A DNA stretch of 64,000 bases from a virus (lineage: Duplodnaviria > Heunggongvirae > Uroviricota > Caudoviricetes). The stretch covers positions 19,287-83,286 of the IMG/VR virus record IMGVR_UViG_3300031143_000003. One strand, given 5' to 3'. Positions within the stretch are counted from its first letter, which is position 1; each line of letters opens with the position of its first letter. The notes under the pieces are model-generated. The model made no database searches. It saw nothing but the letters and a program-made list of their open reading frames with translations, and had not been told where the DNA came from. The translations under genes were made by a program, and so were the position numbers. Shown piece by piece: positions 20,107 through 29,074 of this stretch.

Positions 20107-21236
20107 TATAACCTTTCCTTTATTATTGCTGCAAATGTCTCTGCAAATTCAGTTTTATCTAATCCGCGTTTTACGTCTGCATATTGTTCGCGAATTAATT
20201 TGTCAAATGCAGACGGATTATTTTTTAAGAATACTAATCTTGATTCAACGTCTTCTCTACTGTCAACGTAGCAAAAGTTGCGAGTCAATTCATTCCTAAA
20301 TATTTTCATTTGGGGATCATATTCCCTATCAATAAAGCATACAACGTTTCCTAATATCGCCTCATTTGTCCGATTCGATATTGCAGCGTTCTCATATTTT
20401 TTGTCACTAATTGTTACCGTAGCTATAGACTTCTGATATGCACTAAAGAAATCTCTATGTGCAACCTTCTTTCCAAATGATGGATAACGCATGTCACCTA
20501 CTCGTTTTGGATTAAAATGTTTATGTTTAATATTACCAAACATAAGTACAGCCGATGTTTCAGCATATCCGAAATAGTATTTTAGCATTTTATCCTGTCT
20601 ATGTCCACCTCTAAATGTTCCACCATATACTAAATCAAGCATTCTATCCTCAATTGGTATAATCGGTATTGGCTCATATTCGTGAACAAGATATTCATGG
20701 AATGGGAAATACACAATATCTGCGTATTCTATTTCACGTTTTTCAAGTATAACCTTTAATCCATCGATGTCGTATATCTGCGATATCATGACAATGTCGG
20801 TTCTAGTTATCTCGATTTGATCTTGAGTATATTTGTTTTTCCATTCGTATTTGACTTGCTTGTCTTCTACACCTTTCCACATTTGAGCTAGAGGCAGTAA
20901 CCAGTCAGTCAACACGTAGTATACGGGACAACTTGATTTGTTTATAAATGAATATGTCATTAGGTCGCCACGGGTTTCACAACCTCCGTAGAAATTAACG
21001 TTACCATTTAATACAACCAATGCGTCATATTCATTGTATGCTGATTCATCAAAATCGTTTATATCGTGAAACGTAGCTTCAGGCAATTCAACCCAATTCC
21101 TAGTTTTGATTGTATAGTAATGTACATCATGACCACATCTATGTAGCATCTTTATAACTGCATGTACTTCGTCTGTCAATAGACTACCATTCGCAGCAGT
21201 TATGTTTGCTCCAATCTTTAATACATTTATTTTCAT
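20106..21236 (-). CDS. DNA beta-glucosyltransferase-like (T4 BGT homolog)
   Basis: Segments LNGNVNFYGG, YYVLTDWLLPLAQMW and LDLVYGGTFRGGHRQDKM parallel the recalled T4 BGT segments VNSSINFFGG, YYLFTDIRLPFSQSW and LDVIYGGSFRSGQRESKM. Similar length. Confidence 0.8.
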   Translation of the reverse strand: MKINVLKIGANITAANGSLLTDEVHAVIKMLHRCGHDVHYYTIKTRNWVELPEATFHDINDFDESAYNEYDALVVLNGNVNFYGGCETRGDLMTYSFINKSSCPVYYVLTDWLLPLAQMWKGVEDKQVKYEWKNKYTQDQIEITRTDIVMISQIYDIDGLKVILEKREIEYADIVYFPFHEYLVHEYEPIPIIPIEDRMLDLVYGGTFRGGHRQDKMLKYYFGYAETSAVLMFGNIKHKHFNPKRVGDMRYPSFGKKVAHRDFFSAYQKSIATVTISDKKYENAAISNRTNEAILGNVVCFIDREYDPQMKIFRNELTRNFCYVDSREDVESRLVFLKNNPSAFDKLIREQYADVKRGLDKTEFAETFAAIIKERL

Positions 21237-21508
21237 TGTTGTTCCTTTATATAGTTATCTAATCCACCGATATATGCTACAGCGTCGAGTAGATTATCTT
21301 CCCTGTAATTATATGAGTGTCTTGACATTTTCAATGCAACAAGTACAATAAACATATCCTCTCCAGAAAATGATTTACCAGACATTCCGCTTGCAATCAT
21401 TGCTGCTCTGTCCATACCTTCACTAAATGGTCCATATTGGCGCTCTTTTTCGTCTGATCGATTATTCACGATCGCATCAGCTTGTGCTAAGATTGATTTT
21501 GTTTTCAT
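21233..21508 (-). CDS. DUF6378-like all-alpha protein (putative nucleotide pyrophosphohydrolase)
   Basis: A..IV..R..QYG...and LK.SR......DN..D...Y pattern; sits inside the modification operon. Confidence 0.65.
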   Translation of the reverse strand: MKTKSILAQADAIVNNRSDEKERQYGPFSEGMDRAAMIASGMSGKSFSGEDMFIVLVALKMSRHSYNYREDNLLDAVAYIGGLDNYIKEQQ

Positions 21509-22332
21509 ATAAATAGTTTTTTTGCTGTTTCTTTGGTGAATGTTAAGATCTCATCCTTTGTCATATCATCTACTGGCATATACAATTTATTATCAATAAT
21601 ATAATCAGTTGTAATATGTCTATGCAATATACTTGATTTGGTTGATGCGTCTACATTGTCATGGTAGATCTTGTCTCGCATGTCGTAGTGCGCTTCATAC
21701 AAATGTAGACTTCCTGCATAATGGTAATATGACCCAAGCTCTAAATCAGGATATATTTCACGAAGATCATTTAACATCAGTTGTTGAAACAGCGCAAATG
21801 TGTATACATCATTGCATAATCCAAATATAACATCGTTTGATCGCATATTTACACCCAAATGCAATTCATTATTTCGAATAAAGAATTGCAAATATTGTGT
21901 GCATGGAAGATCCTGTTTGTTTTTTGTCTTATGATGCGGCTGATGTATTACAATAGTGCATCGTCTGGAATCAATGTCTCGATTGAATTCTGATTTTATC
22001 CAGTCCCATTGTTCGCCCAATATATACGTGCCATAGTTTGATTCAACTTCATCTTGATTATCCTTGATCTTCAGCCAAATTCCAGCATGCTTACCAATAT
22101 TATTAGTACGCTTATTCTGCGACAAATACCACAAGAACTCCATAACTGAATAGTTTTCGTTGAATTTTCTAGATGGAAAATCAATTGATAATCGAGTTGG
22201 ATCATTTAACACAAAAGACTGAAACAAAAGTTCAGTCTGTGTGCTACCATTACTATGTATCTCTGATCCGTATTCAGAGATTTCGTACAATTTGTCAAAA
22301 AACAAATCATGTAGACTATTGAATCTATTCAT
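21505..22332 (-). CDS. dCMP hydroxymethylase-like (thymidylate synthase fold, gp42-like)
   Basis: Catalytic Cys in LPCTQ. MRSNDVIFGLCND has Asp at the specificity position (T4 gp42 FRND; TS uses PFN). GSLHLY motif. Upstream of the BGT-like gene. Confidence 0.8.
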   Translation of the reverse strand: MNRFNSLHDLFFDKLYEISEYGSEIHSNGSTQTELLFQSFVLNDPTRLSIDFPSRKFNENYSVMEFLWYLSQNKRTNNIGKHAGIWLKIKDNQDEVESNYGTYILGEQWDWIKSEFNRDIDSRRCTIVIHQPHHKTKNKQDLPCTQYLQFFIRNNELHLGVNMRSNDVIFGLCNDVYTFALFQQLMLNDLREIYPDLELGSYYHYAGSLHLYEAHYDMRDKIYHDNVDASTKSSILHRHITTDYIIDNKLYMPVDDMTKDEILTFTKETAKKLFI

Positions 22333-22355
22333 ATGTGTATAACCTTTTATTTAAA

Positions 22356-22381
22356 GTAAATATAATAAAAAAAATTGACAT
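22356..22381 (-). promoter_or_regulatory. Bipartite early/middle-type promoter (ATGTCA-N10-TTATATTTAC)
   Basis: Repeated motif heading the modification/PolB operon. Confidence 0.65.
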
Positions 22382-22388
22382 GGGAAAA

Positions 22389-22778
22389 TTATTCTTTACT
22401 AAATTTCTGTCGTACCCTATCTGATATTGGTACCGCATTTCCTTGATCGTCTATTCTTACAAATTTTATATTTGTTGCCAATATTGTATGCTGCTGACCA
22501 GTATATACATTGTGTGCTCTTGCTTCCAATGTTAGTGTTACTGATGAATTGCCTATTTTGTTTACACAAGCATATATTTTCAGTAACTGTCCCTGTCTAG
22601 CAGGCCGTACAAATTCACATTTGTCTATTAACACTGTTACAACTCGAGGAGTGTCGCAAACTTGCGCTGCGAACCCTGCTCCTGCTGCATCGATCCATGC
22701 TAATAGTTTTCCTCCGAAGAGGTTACCGTGAAAACCTAAATCAGATGTTTTTACAATGTGTGTTGATATTAAATCCAT
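22389..22778 (-). CDS. HotDog-fold acyl-CoA thioesterase
   Basis: DL.FHGNLFGG.LL.WID.A, VT...D...F and K.GNSSV motifs. Confidence 0.85.
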   Translation of the reverse strand: MDLISTHIVKTSDLGFHGNLFGGKLLAWIDAAGAGFAAQVCDTPRVVTVLIDKCEFVRPARQGQLLKIYACVNKIGNSSVTLTLEARAHNVYTGQQHTILATNIKFVRIDDQGNAVPISDRVRQKFSKE

Positions 22779-22811
22779 AATATAGTCTCGTTATCCAGTC
22801 GTCTAGTCTCA

Positions 22812-22934
22812 TTAACTTCCACATGCTTCACAATCATCATTGTCAATTGAACATGCCTCAGGTTGTTTTTTATCTGATAAATCGGTTAACCATGAATCAA
22901 AATTGTCTTGTTCTTCCGTCTCATTTGGTCCCAT
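22812..22934 (-). CDS. 40-aa acidic peptide ending ACSIDNDDCEACGS (RNR redox-tail-like; not in track)
   Basis: Manual translation. Its ATG overlaps the nrdJ stop (TAATG). Confidence 0.65.
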   Translation of the reverse strand: MGPNETEEQDNFDSWLTDLSDKKQPEACSIDNDDCEACGS

Positions 22935-24811
22935 TATAATGCTCCTATTTCACATGCACCACCGGCACAAGCTAATTCTCCACCTAAGTCAGTTTCATCA
23001 GATAATTCAACAACCTTTGTTAGGTCAATTGTATGCAATGATGCAACTAGTTCATGATATTTTTCTTTTGTTATGTCTTCAAACGGAGCCTGTACGTACG
23101 TTCCTCCATTATATGGTAAAACAGATAGTCCATTGTATGAATGTCTATTTTTCCACATCCATTTTCCTGCTTCATCCCATTCGTCATCTTTCAATGATAT
23201 TGTTGCTGAAACATTGTGCGAATTGGATCCGTTTCTATGTCCAGGTGCAACCCATTCTGATGCGACCTTTTTTACACGTTCAAGTAAATCGAATGCAGAT
23301 TCTGTTCTAAGTATCGATCCGTCTGGTGCTTTTTGTGGAATAGATATAACAGCTGTATCATGTGGTCTAAAGAAATCATCTTCAATTAGTTCAGGATGAT
23401 ATATTTGTAAGTATGAATATATTGATTCGTTTTTTCCAACTCTTAATCTTCTAACATAATAATCATTATGCCATGCATGTATACCTGAACTTGTTCCCAG
23501 TACTAGACTGGTTGTTCCAGCTGGTTTCACTGTTGTTGTTCTGGCTGCTGGATTGATTCCAATTACCTTAGCTATTCGACTGTTTTCAGACTTAACCAAT
23601 TTTGCAGCTGATGTCATGTCATAATTTAATACTTTTCCAGAACCTATTCCAGTCATAGAAATTCCAACTAGTGCGTCACGTTCAGTTGTTTCCTTCCAAA
23701 TTTCACGAAGATAATGGAAGTCAGTATATCCAGCTTGCAATGTTCCAATGAATGTTGCAGCCTTTACCCTAGCATCGAAATCATCCTGGGATTCAATGTT
23801 ACTAACGTTAACTTCACATAAATTGCAGAATTGATATGGACGTAATGCTATTTCACAGCATGGGTTGGTACCCCAATCTTTGTCATTATTTAGATATATT
23901 CCAGGTTCACCAGCACCAGATAATTCAACACGTTTCCATATGTCCATGAAAAACTTTTCTGTTATCTTATGTCGCATTAGTACAGCTGAGTTATTTGCTC
24001 TACCACGTTGTGGATTCATTTCCCACCAATCACCAGCTTTACACGAAATCATATCTTCATCATGTGCACTAAATAGACTGATTAGTGCTGCTCTTCTAAT
24101 TCCACCAGCCAATACTGCATCTGCAATGTGACATACAATGTCATGTACTTCAATTGGAGATAATCCGTCGCCATCGGCTTTTGTGTCCAATATTCCAGTT
24201 ATCTTTAATACACATTCCTTTAATGGTTGTGGGCCTGGGGCTTTACCACCAGATGTAACCAACATTGCACCCTTTGGACGAATATCAGAGAAATCGAAGT
24301 CTATTCTAGAACTTCGTCTATTTCCCATGTAAGATTTCATTAACAATTTGATTGCATCAGACCAACCTTCGATTGAATCACCAATTAGGAATCGTCTAAC
24401 ACGTTTGTTATATGGTTTGTTTATTTTTGGTAAGTTTGATACGTGGTGATTTTGTACACTATATCCTACACCACATCCAGATAACAATAAAAACATTGTC
24501 TCACTGAATGAATCAATATGATCAATTGGTAAATACGAGCAATTGTATAATCTATTTGGTGAGATTTCAATTGGTTTACCACCAAACTGTAGACTTCTCA
24601 TTGAAGGCAACACTTTTTTATCAAATACGAATTTATAATTCTCATCGATTTGATCAGTTAGTTTTGGGTAACGTTTCTTGTGCATATTCATATTTCGCGT
24701 AACCAGTTCACTCCAGGTTTCTCTACGACTTAATTCCGGCAAGTACTTTGCATATTTCATGTGTACTGTTAGATCTGACAGAATTTTATTGGAAATTTCC
24801 ATAAACTTCAT
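22934..24811 (-). CDS. nrdJ: Class II (B12-dependent) monomeric ribonucleotide reductase
   Basis: RRETW, LPSMR, NCS, GCGVG, SGGKAPGP, TNPCCEI, FCNL, TTVKPAGT and C-terminal CAGGAC motifs. Confidence 0.92.
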   Translation of the reverse strand: MKFMEISNKILSDLTVHMKYAKYLPELSRRETWSELVTRNMNMHKKRYPKLTDQIDENYKFVFDKKVLPSMRSLQFGGKPIEISPNRLYNCSYLPIDHIDSFSETMFLLLSGCGVGYSVQNHHVSNLPKINKPYNKRVRRFLIGDSIEGWSDAIKLLMKSYMGNRRSSRIDFDFSDIRPKGAMLVTSGGKAPGPQPLKECVLKITGILDTKADGDGLSPIEVHDIVCHIADAVLAGGIRRAALISLFSAHDEDMISCKAGDWWEMNPQRGRANNSAVLMRHKITEKFFMDIWKRVELSGAGEPGIYLNNDKDWGTNPCCEIALRPYQFCNLCEVNVSNIESQDDFDARVKAATFIGTLQAGYTDFHYLREIWKETTERDALVGISMTGIGSGKVLNYDMTSAAKLVKSENSRIAKVIGINPAARTTTVKPAGTTSLVLGTSSGIHAWHNDYYVRRLRVGKNESIYSYLQIYHPELIEDDFFRPHDTAVISIPQKAPDGSILRTESAFDLLERVKKVASEWVAPGHRNGSNSHNVSATISLKDDEWDEAGKWMWKNRHSYNGLSVLPYNGGTYVQAPFEDITKEKYHELVASLHTIDLTKVVELSDETDLGGELACAGGACEIGAL

Positions 24812-24855
24812 TCCTTATATATTATTAACATTTTGTTTTTGGTAACTATAAATAT

Positions 24856-26220
24856 CTAGCTAGGTGGATTGGCATTCAACTCGGTCATCTTTTGTTTCAA
24901 CATTTTTCGAATTGTATTCTCACTGTCATCCATACCCTGCTGCAATCCCTTACCCTGAATGGAATGCTGATCATATATGTCAAAATTACCATTGTTTGTA
25001 TTGATTTTTGCTGGGAAAGTTATACCATCTGGTCCAAATCTGTTCTTTATGATATGTATACGACCAGTTCCATTTGACTTGTCTTCAATTTTTCGACTTA
25101 ATGACATAACAAAGTCAGATGTCATTATCTTAGAGTACGATTCTGCAATCTTATCTGCCTGAATAACATCTTCATTTAAGGCGGATCTATTTGCCTGTGA
25201 CGCTGTCCATACTGGTAGCTCTAATTCTCCAGCCATACCGCGCATTTCTTCATATATGTTACCTAGTTCATGGCGCAATTCCTTGCCTTTTCCACCAGTT
25301 CCACGCAATAAATCAGCGTAATCAATTATAACTAAATCAGGTTTTTTACCTAACATTTTATATTTTTCTATGTGTGATGCTATAGTATTTATAGTCGCAC
25401 CCTTTGTCGGATAGTACTTTATTACAAGATTACCAGGTATCTTCTCAACGGTTTCCTTTACTTCAGCTATATTATACTTTAGCTCTTGATTCGCTATGCC
25501 GGTTAATACTGAATCATATCGTAGTCCAACGTACGCTTCGTTTAATTCTAGTGTGTAATGCAATACGTTGTAACCCGCCTTTATGGCTGCTGCGCCAATG
25601 TTAACGAGTAGGAATGATTTACCAATACCAGCTGGTGCAACAACTACGCCTAATTCGCCATGGCCTAAACCACCATCCATTAGATTATCAATCTCGTCCC
25701 AGCCTGTTTTGAATACATGCCTTACTGCCATATTATATCTATTGTCAACCTCTTCAACGTATTCATGTCCAAGGTTCCTATCACCACCGGCAGTCATTGC
25801 TTGATCTATTCTAACCTTTATTGCATCAAATTGTCCCAGTTTCAATAATTCAACTGAATTTAGGATGGCCTTCTTTAGCTCTTGATTCTTACAAAAGTCA
25901 ATTGTTTTTTCCTTTATGAATGTCAAATCCTGTGAATCAGTGTATTTGAACGACTCCTTCAGATTCGATATCACGTTTGTGCGTAATAAATCATCTGTTA
26001 TAGTAGATAACTCAACCTTCATGACTTCCGCCGTAGGTTGAGTTTTATATTTCATAAAGTATTTTCTAACTGTATCGACTATGAATTGATTTGCGTCATT
26101 TTCAAAGTAGTCATCTTCAAGAATATCGATGATTTGACGCAAAAAATTCTTGTCCGTAAACAAGCATGTGATGATCTTTATTTGGAACATATATCCAAAG
26201 TCACTTAGTTTATCGCTCAT
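24856..26220 (-). CDS. DnaB-like replicative helicase (gp41-like)
   Basis: Walker A APAGIGKS, YTLEL, IIDYADL, TASQ.NR, I.ESY.K and KNRFG motifs. Start reassigned to MSDKL. Confidence 0.93.
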   Translation of the reverse strand: MSDKLSDFGYMFQIKIITCLFTDKNFLRQIIDILEDDYFENDANQFIVDTVRKYFMKYKTQPTAEVMKVELSTITDDLLRTNVISNLKESFKYTDSQDLTFIKEKTIDFCKNQELKKAILNSVELLKLGQFDAIKVRIDQAMTAGGDRNLGHEYVEEVDNRYNMAVRHVFKTGWDEIDNLMDGGLGHGELGVVVAPAGIGKSFLLVNIGAAAIKAGYNVLHYTLELNEAYVGLRYDSVLTGIANQELKYNIAEVKETVEKIPGNLVIKYYPTKGATINTIASHIEKYKMLGKKPDLVIIDYADLLRGTGGKGKELRHELGNIYEEMRGMAGELELPVWTASQANRSALNEDVIQADKIAESYSKIMTSDFVMSLSRKIEDKSNGTGRIHIIKNRFGPDGITFPAKINTNNGNFDIYDQHSIQGKGLQQGMDDSENTIRKMLKQKMTELNANPPS

Positions 26221-27265
26221 CTTCGCTTCCTTTTTCTGCCATATTATCCAAATATCCAAATACCGTTTTAATCCATAAATCAGGATTGCGAATAGACACA
26301 TTCAATTTATCACTCATCATCATAGACAAAAACGTTGGTTTATCTAATCTGCTGATTTGATCCTTTACAGTGTTTATTATTATTGACTTTGATTGTCCGT
26401 CAATATCAACGTCAGCTAGTTGCATGAGCTTAAAGTTCATTTCCAATAATTCTCTACTTTCAGCCAAAGCCTGTGATAGTTTAGTATTGTCATTTGAATT
26501 TTCAGCATAATCAACTATTGCATCAACATCAACAACCTTGTCACTAAACAATATTGGTAATCGTTTCTGTAAGGTCTTTACGCCAGTACCCCGAACTCCT
26601 GGGATATTGTCTGAACTATCACCTTTCATAACCCTAAACATTAGGAAGTTGTGGAAGGGTACAGAATATTCTTCAGTTACGGTTTCCTTGAAATAGAATT
26701 TCTTTTTTGTTGGAGACCAAACTTGTACCCTATCATCTACCAATTGAAGGAAATCCTTGTCCGTAGACATTATGACACATTGGCTTTTTGGATAAACCTG
26801 TTGCGATATATATGCCATTGCATCATCTGCTTCAATGTTTTCAGGTGACATTACCGTTACAGGTAACATATCTAAGTATTCAACCAATCTATGTAATTGC
26901 TGTGTCATTGCTACACGTTCGTCGTCTACAGTTAATAATGATGTAGAACGGGTTAACTTCTGTCTGACTCGTCTGTTAGCCTTGTAATCTGGGTAGAGCT
27001 TACGCCTTCTAACTGATCCGCCTTTTCCGTCGAAACAGATTATAACCCTTGTTGGTTTGATGTTTTTAATTGCAAACCCAATTGACAGTAGAAAACCCGT
27101 TATTCCACCAATATGCACTCCATCCTCATTTTGCGAGGGATTAACTGCAAATGCTCGTATAAATGTATTCAGACCATCTATCAATAATATCCTATCATTT
27201 TGATGGCTATTATCGCGATTGTCTGCACTTAGATTGTCAAATATTTTTAAATAGTCTTTATTCAT
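26210..27265 (-). CDS. 5'-3' exonuclease / flap endonuclease (T4 RNase H-like)
   Basis: LLIDGLN, FDG, YPDYKANR, EADD, STDKDFLQL and GDSSDNIPGV motifs. Confidence 0.93.
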   Translation of the reverse strand: MNKDYLKIFDNLSADNRDNSHQNDRILLIDGLNTFIRAFAVNPSQNEDGVHIGGITGFLLSIGFAIKNIKPTRVIICFDGKGGSVRRRKLYPDYKANRRVRQKLTRSTSLLTVDDERVAMTQQLHRLVEYLDMLPVTVMSPENIEADDAMAYISQQVYPKSQCVIMSTDKDFLQLVDDRVQVWSPTKKKFYFKETVTEEYSVPFHNFLMFRVMKGDSSDNIPGVRGTGVKTLQKRLPILFSDKVVDVDAIVDYAENSNDNTKLSQALAESRELLEMNFKLMQLADVDIDGQSKSIIINTVKDQISRLDKPTFLSMMMSDKLNVSIRNPDLWIKTVFGYLDNMAEKGSEDER

Positions 27266-27284
27266 ATGATTGATAATCTATACG

Positions 27285-27557
27285 TTAGTTTATATTCGAT
27301 ATATAATACATTTCCTCACCAATTCTCCAATTCGATCTTGAATCGTCCTTGGCTACAGCGATCTTATATGTTTTTCTAATCTCAGATAATGCAGCGTTTA
27401 CTTCAACTGTTGTGCGTAATCCATTTACTGATATAGTATTGAATAGCTTTCGCTTAGTCACATTAGACCATTTTTTCGTTTGGTCGTCCTGTACCTTTTT
27501 TCCAGTGTCAATATCTGTTTTTTTGACTTCTGCCAAATGTACTGTTAATCGTTTCAT
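27285..27557 (-). CDS. Hypothetical protein (90 aa)
   Basis: ORF track; AGGAG SD upstream. Confidence 0.65.
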   Translation of the reverse strand: MKRLTVHLAEVKKTDIDTGKKVQDDQTKKWSNVTKRKLFNTISVNGLRTTVEVNAALSEIRKTYKIAVAKDDSRSNWRIGEEMYYISNIN

Positions 27558-27585
27558 ATGTATCTCCTATTTATTTGTTTATATA

Positions 27586-27658
27586 ACATGGAACAATTGC
27601 TTGAAATTGTAATTCCAACGTATTAATTCGTCGGTAGCACAGTTCAATTGTTCCATGT
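27586..27658 (-). repeat. 14-bp perfect inverted repeat forming a long leader hairpin
   Basis: ACATGGAACAATTG (27586-27599) pairs with CAATTGTTCCATGT (27645-27658). Confidence 0.8.
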
Positions 27659-27691
27659 GTATATTTGCTATTGCTTAATTGTTTTATGTAT

Positions 27692-27717
27692 GTAAATATA
27701 AGAAATATATTTGACAT
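27692..27717 (-). promoter_or_regulatory. Bipartite early/middle-type promoter
   Basis: ATGTCA-N10-TTATATTTAC. Confidence 0.6.
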
Positions 27718-27730
27718 AAAAAAATAAATG

Positions 27731-27922
27731 TTACAATACTTTCACAACTGGCGATTTGACAATTGCTTCAACTTCGAATTCAATACCTGAGTCGGCAAAG
27801 TCTTCATGTGTTTTTACTTCTGCATCTGTTACAGATACTGCTTCGATTAAATATGTTTCACGCTTATATCGTACACCCTTACCTGTGTCGATTGCGAATT
27901 TTACTTTTGAAAAATAATACAT
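27731..27922 (-). CDS. DUF4494-like protein
   Basis: Y..KVK......G..K...E.YL.EA.S.T.AE pattern, a Bacteroidota-type family. Confidence 0.7.
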   Translation of the reverse strand: MYYFSKVKFAIDTGKGVRYKRETYLIEAVSVTDAEVKTHEDFADSGIEFEVEAIVKSPVVKVL

Positions 27923-27932
27923 ATGCTTTTCC

Positions 27933-29063
27933 TTATCCTATTGGTACGTCATCGTTTCCAATTGTAATATCATCTATTCCGATATCGTCAATCTTGTATG
28001 ACATGATTAATGTTTCACAAATTTTATCGTATATTCTAGCTTTTCTAGCCGGGTCACCAAGTATCTTTGTTTCAAAATCCTTTGATAGGAATTTAATTGT
28101 CTCATCAGTGTGTGTGTCGATATATGTATACCAAGCTCCACCAATTGAAACTAACTCGTAGTCCTTCATGACCTGTAGCCAACTGCCTGTATCATCGATG
28201 CCTGATTCAAAGTATATATTGAATTCAGCTTCTCGTAATGGTGGTCCCATTCTATTCTTAACCACTTTACATTTGGTCTTTATTCCAATAACCTGTTCTT
28301 TGCCCATTATCTTAGCCTTAATTTGGCCTGCAGCCTTAAGACGTAATCTACATGATGCATGGAACTGTATTGCTTTACCACCTGAGGTTGTATATTTGTC
28401 ACCAAACATTACCCCTAGTTTTTCACGTAATTGATTCGTGAATATCAAACAAACTCGTTCTCTACCAATCATCTGTGTGATTTTCCGCATTGCCTTTGAC
28501 AGTACAATAGCTTTACTGGTAGCCCATCCGTCTTTGCTATAATCTGCAGCTTGTTCAACCTTAGTTGTTGCTGCAGCAATAGAGTCGACTACTATGGTAA
28601 CTAGTTTATTGTTACTAGATTCCTTTACCTTTGTTATAATACTCTCAATTACGTCAAATATATCCTCAACCGCTTCCAACTGTACATATAGCATCTTGGC
28701 TACATCTATACCGATGGCACGTAGAAATACCTCATCCATAGCATTTTCAGTATCAATGTATACTGCTAATCCGTCTTTTTTCTGAGTATTTGCTAAAGCA
28801 TGGGCGGCCAATAGTGATTTACCACTGGCCTCCATACCTGTAATTTCGGTTATCCTTCCAACTGGCAATCCACCATTTGGACGATTTGCGATAGTTAAGT
28901 CTAACAAAGATGAGCCAGTCGATATCCATTCAGTCAAATCAGTTGGAGTATCTTCAGATCCATCTAAAAAATAGGCAACCTTCATTCCCTTGAATTTTTT
29001 GTTTAGTGAGTCTGCCAATACATCAGCTAATTCATCGTGATTTGCGTTAATATCCTTTGCCAT
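27933..29063 (-). CDS. RecA/UvsX recombinase
   Basis: ISTGS..LD, GRITEI.G.EASGKS, YIDTE, VVDSIAA, NQLR and GGKA..F motifs. Confidence 0.95.
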   Translation of the reverse strand: MAKDINANHDELADVLADSLNKKFKGMKVAYFLDGSEDTPTDLTEWISTGSSLLDLTIANRPNGGLPVGRITEITGMEASGKSLLAAHALANTQKKDGLAVYIDTENAMDEVFLRAIGIDVAKMLYVQLEAVEDIFDVIESIITKVKESSNNKLVTIVVDSIAAATTKVEQAADYSKDGWATSKAIVLSKAMRKITQMIGRERVCLIFTNQLREKLGVMFGDKYTTSGGKAIQFHASCRLRLKAAGQIKAKIMGKEQVIGIKTKCKVVKNRMGPPLREAEFNIYFESGIDDTGSWLQVMKDYELVSIGGAWYTYIDTHTDETIKFLSKDFETKILGDPARKARIYDKICETLIMSYKIDDIGIDDITIGNDDVPIG

Positions 29064-29074
29064 AGTCTATTGTC

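Noticed and set aside
21505-22332. Calling this gene thymidylate synthase (thyA)
   Set aside because: It has Asp rather than Asn at the substrate-specificity position and sits next to a BGT-like gene, so a dCMP-modifying enzyme fits better.
26221-26301. N-terminal extensions given by the ORF track for helicase, scaffold, DUF3310 and the Zn-ribbon protein
   Set aside because: They overlap upstream genes or lack an SD; internal Mets match the expected family starts.
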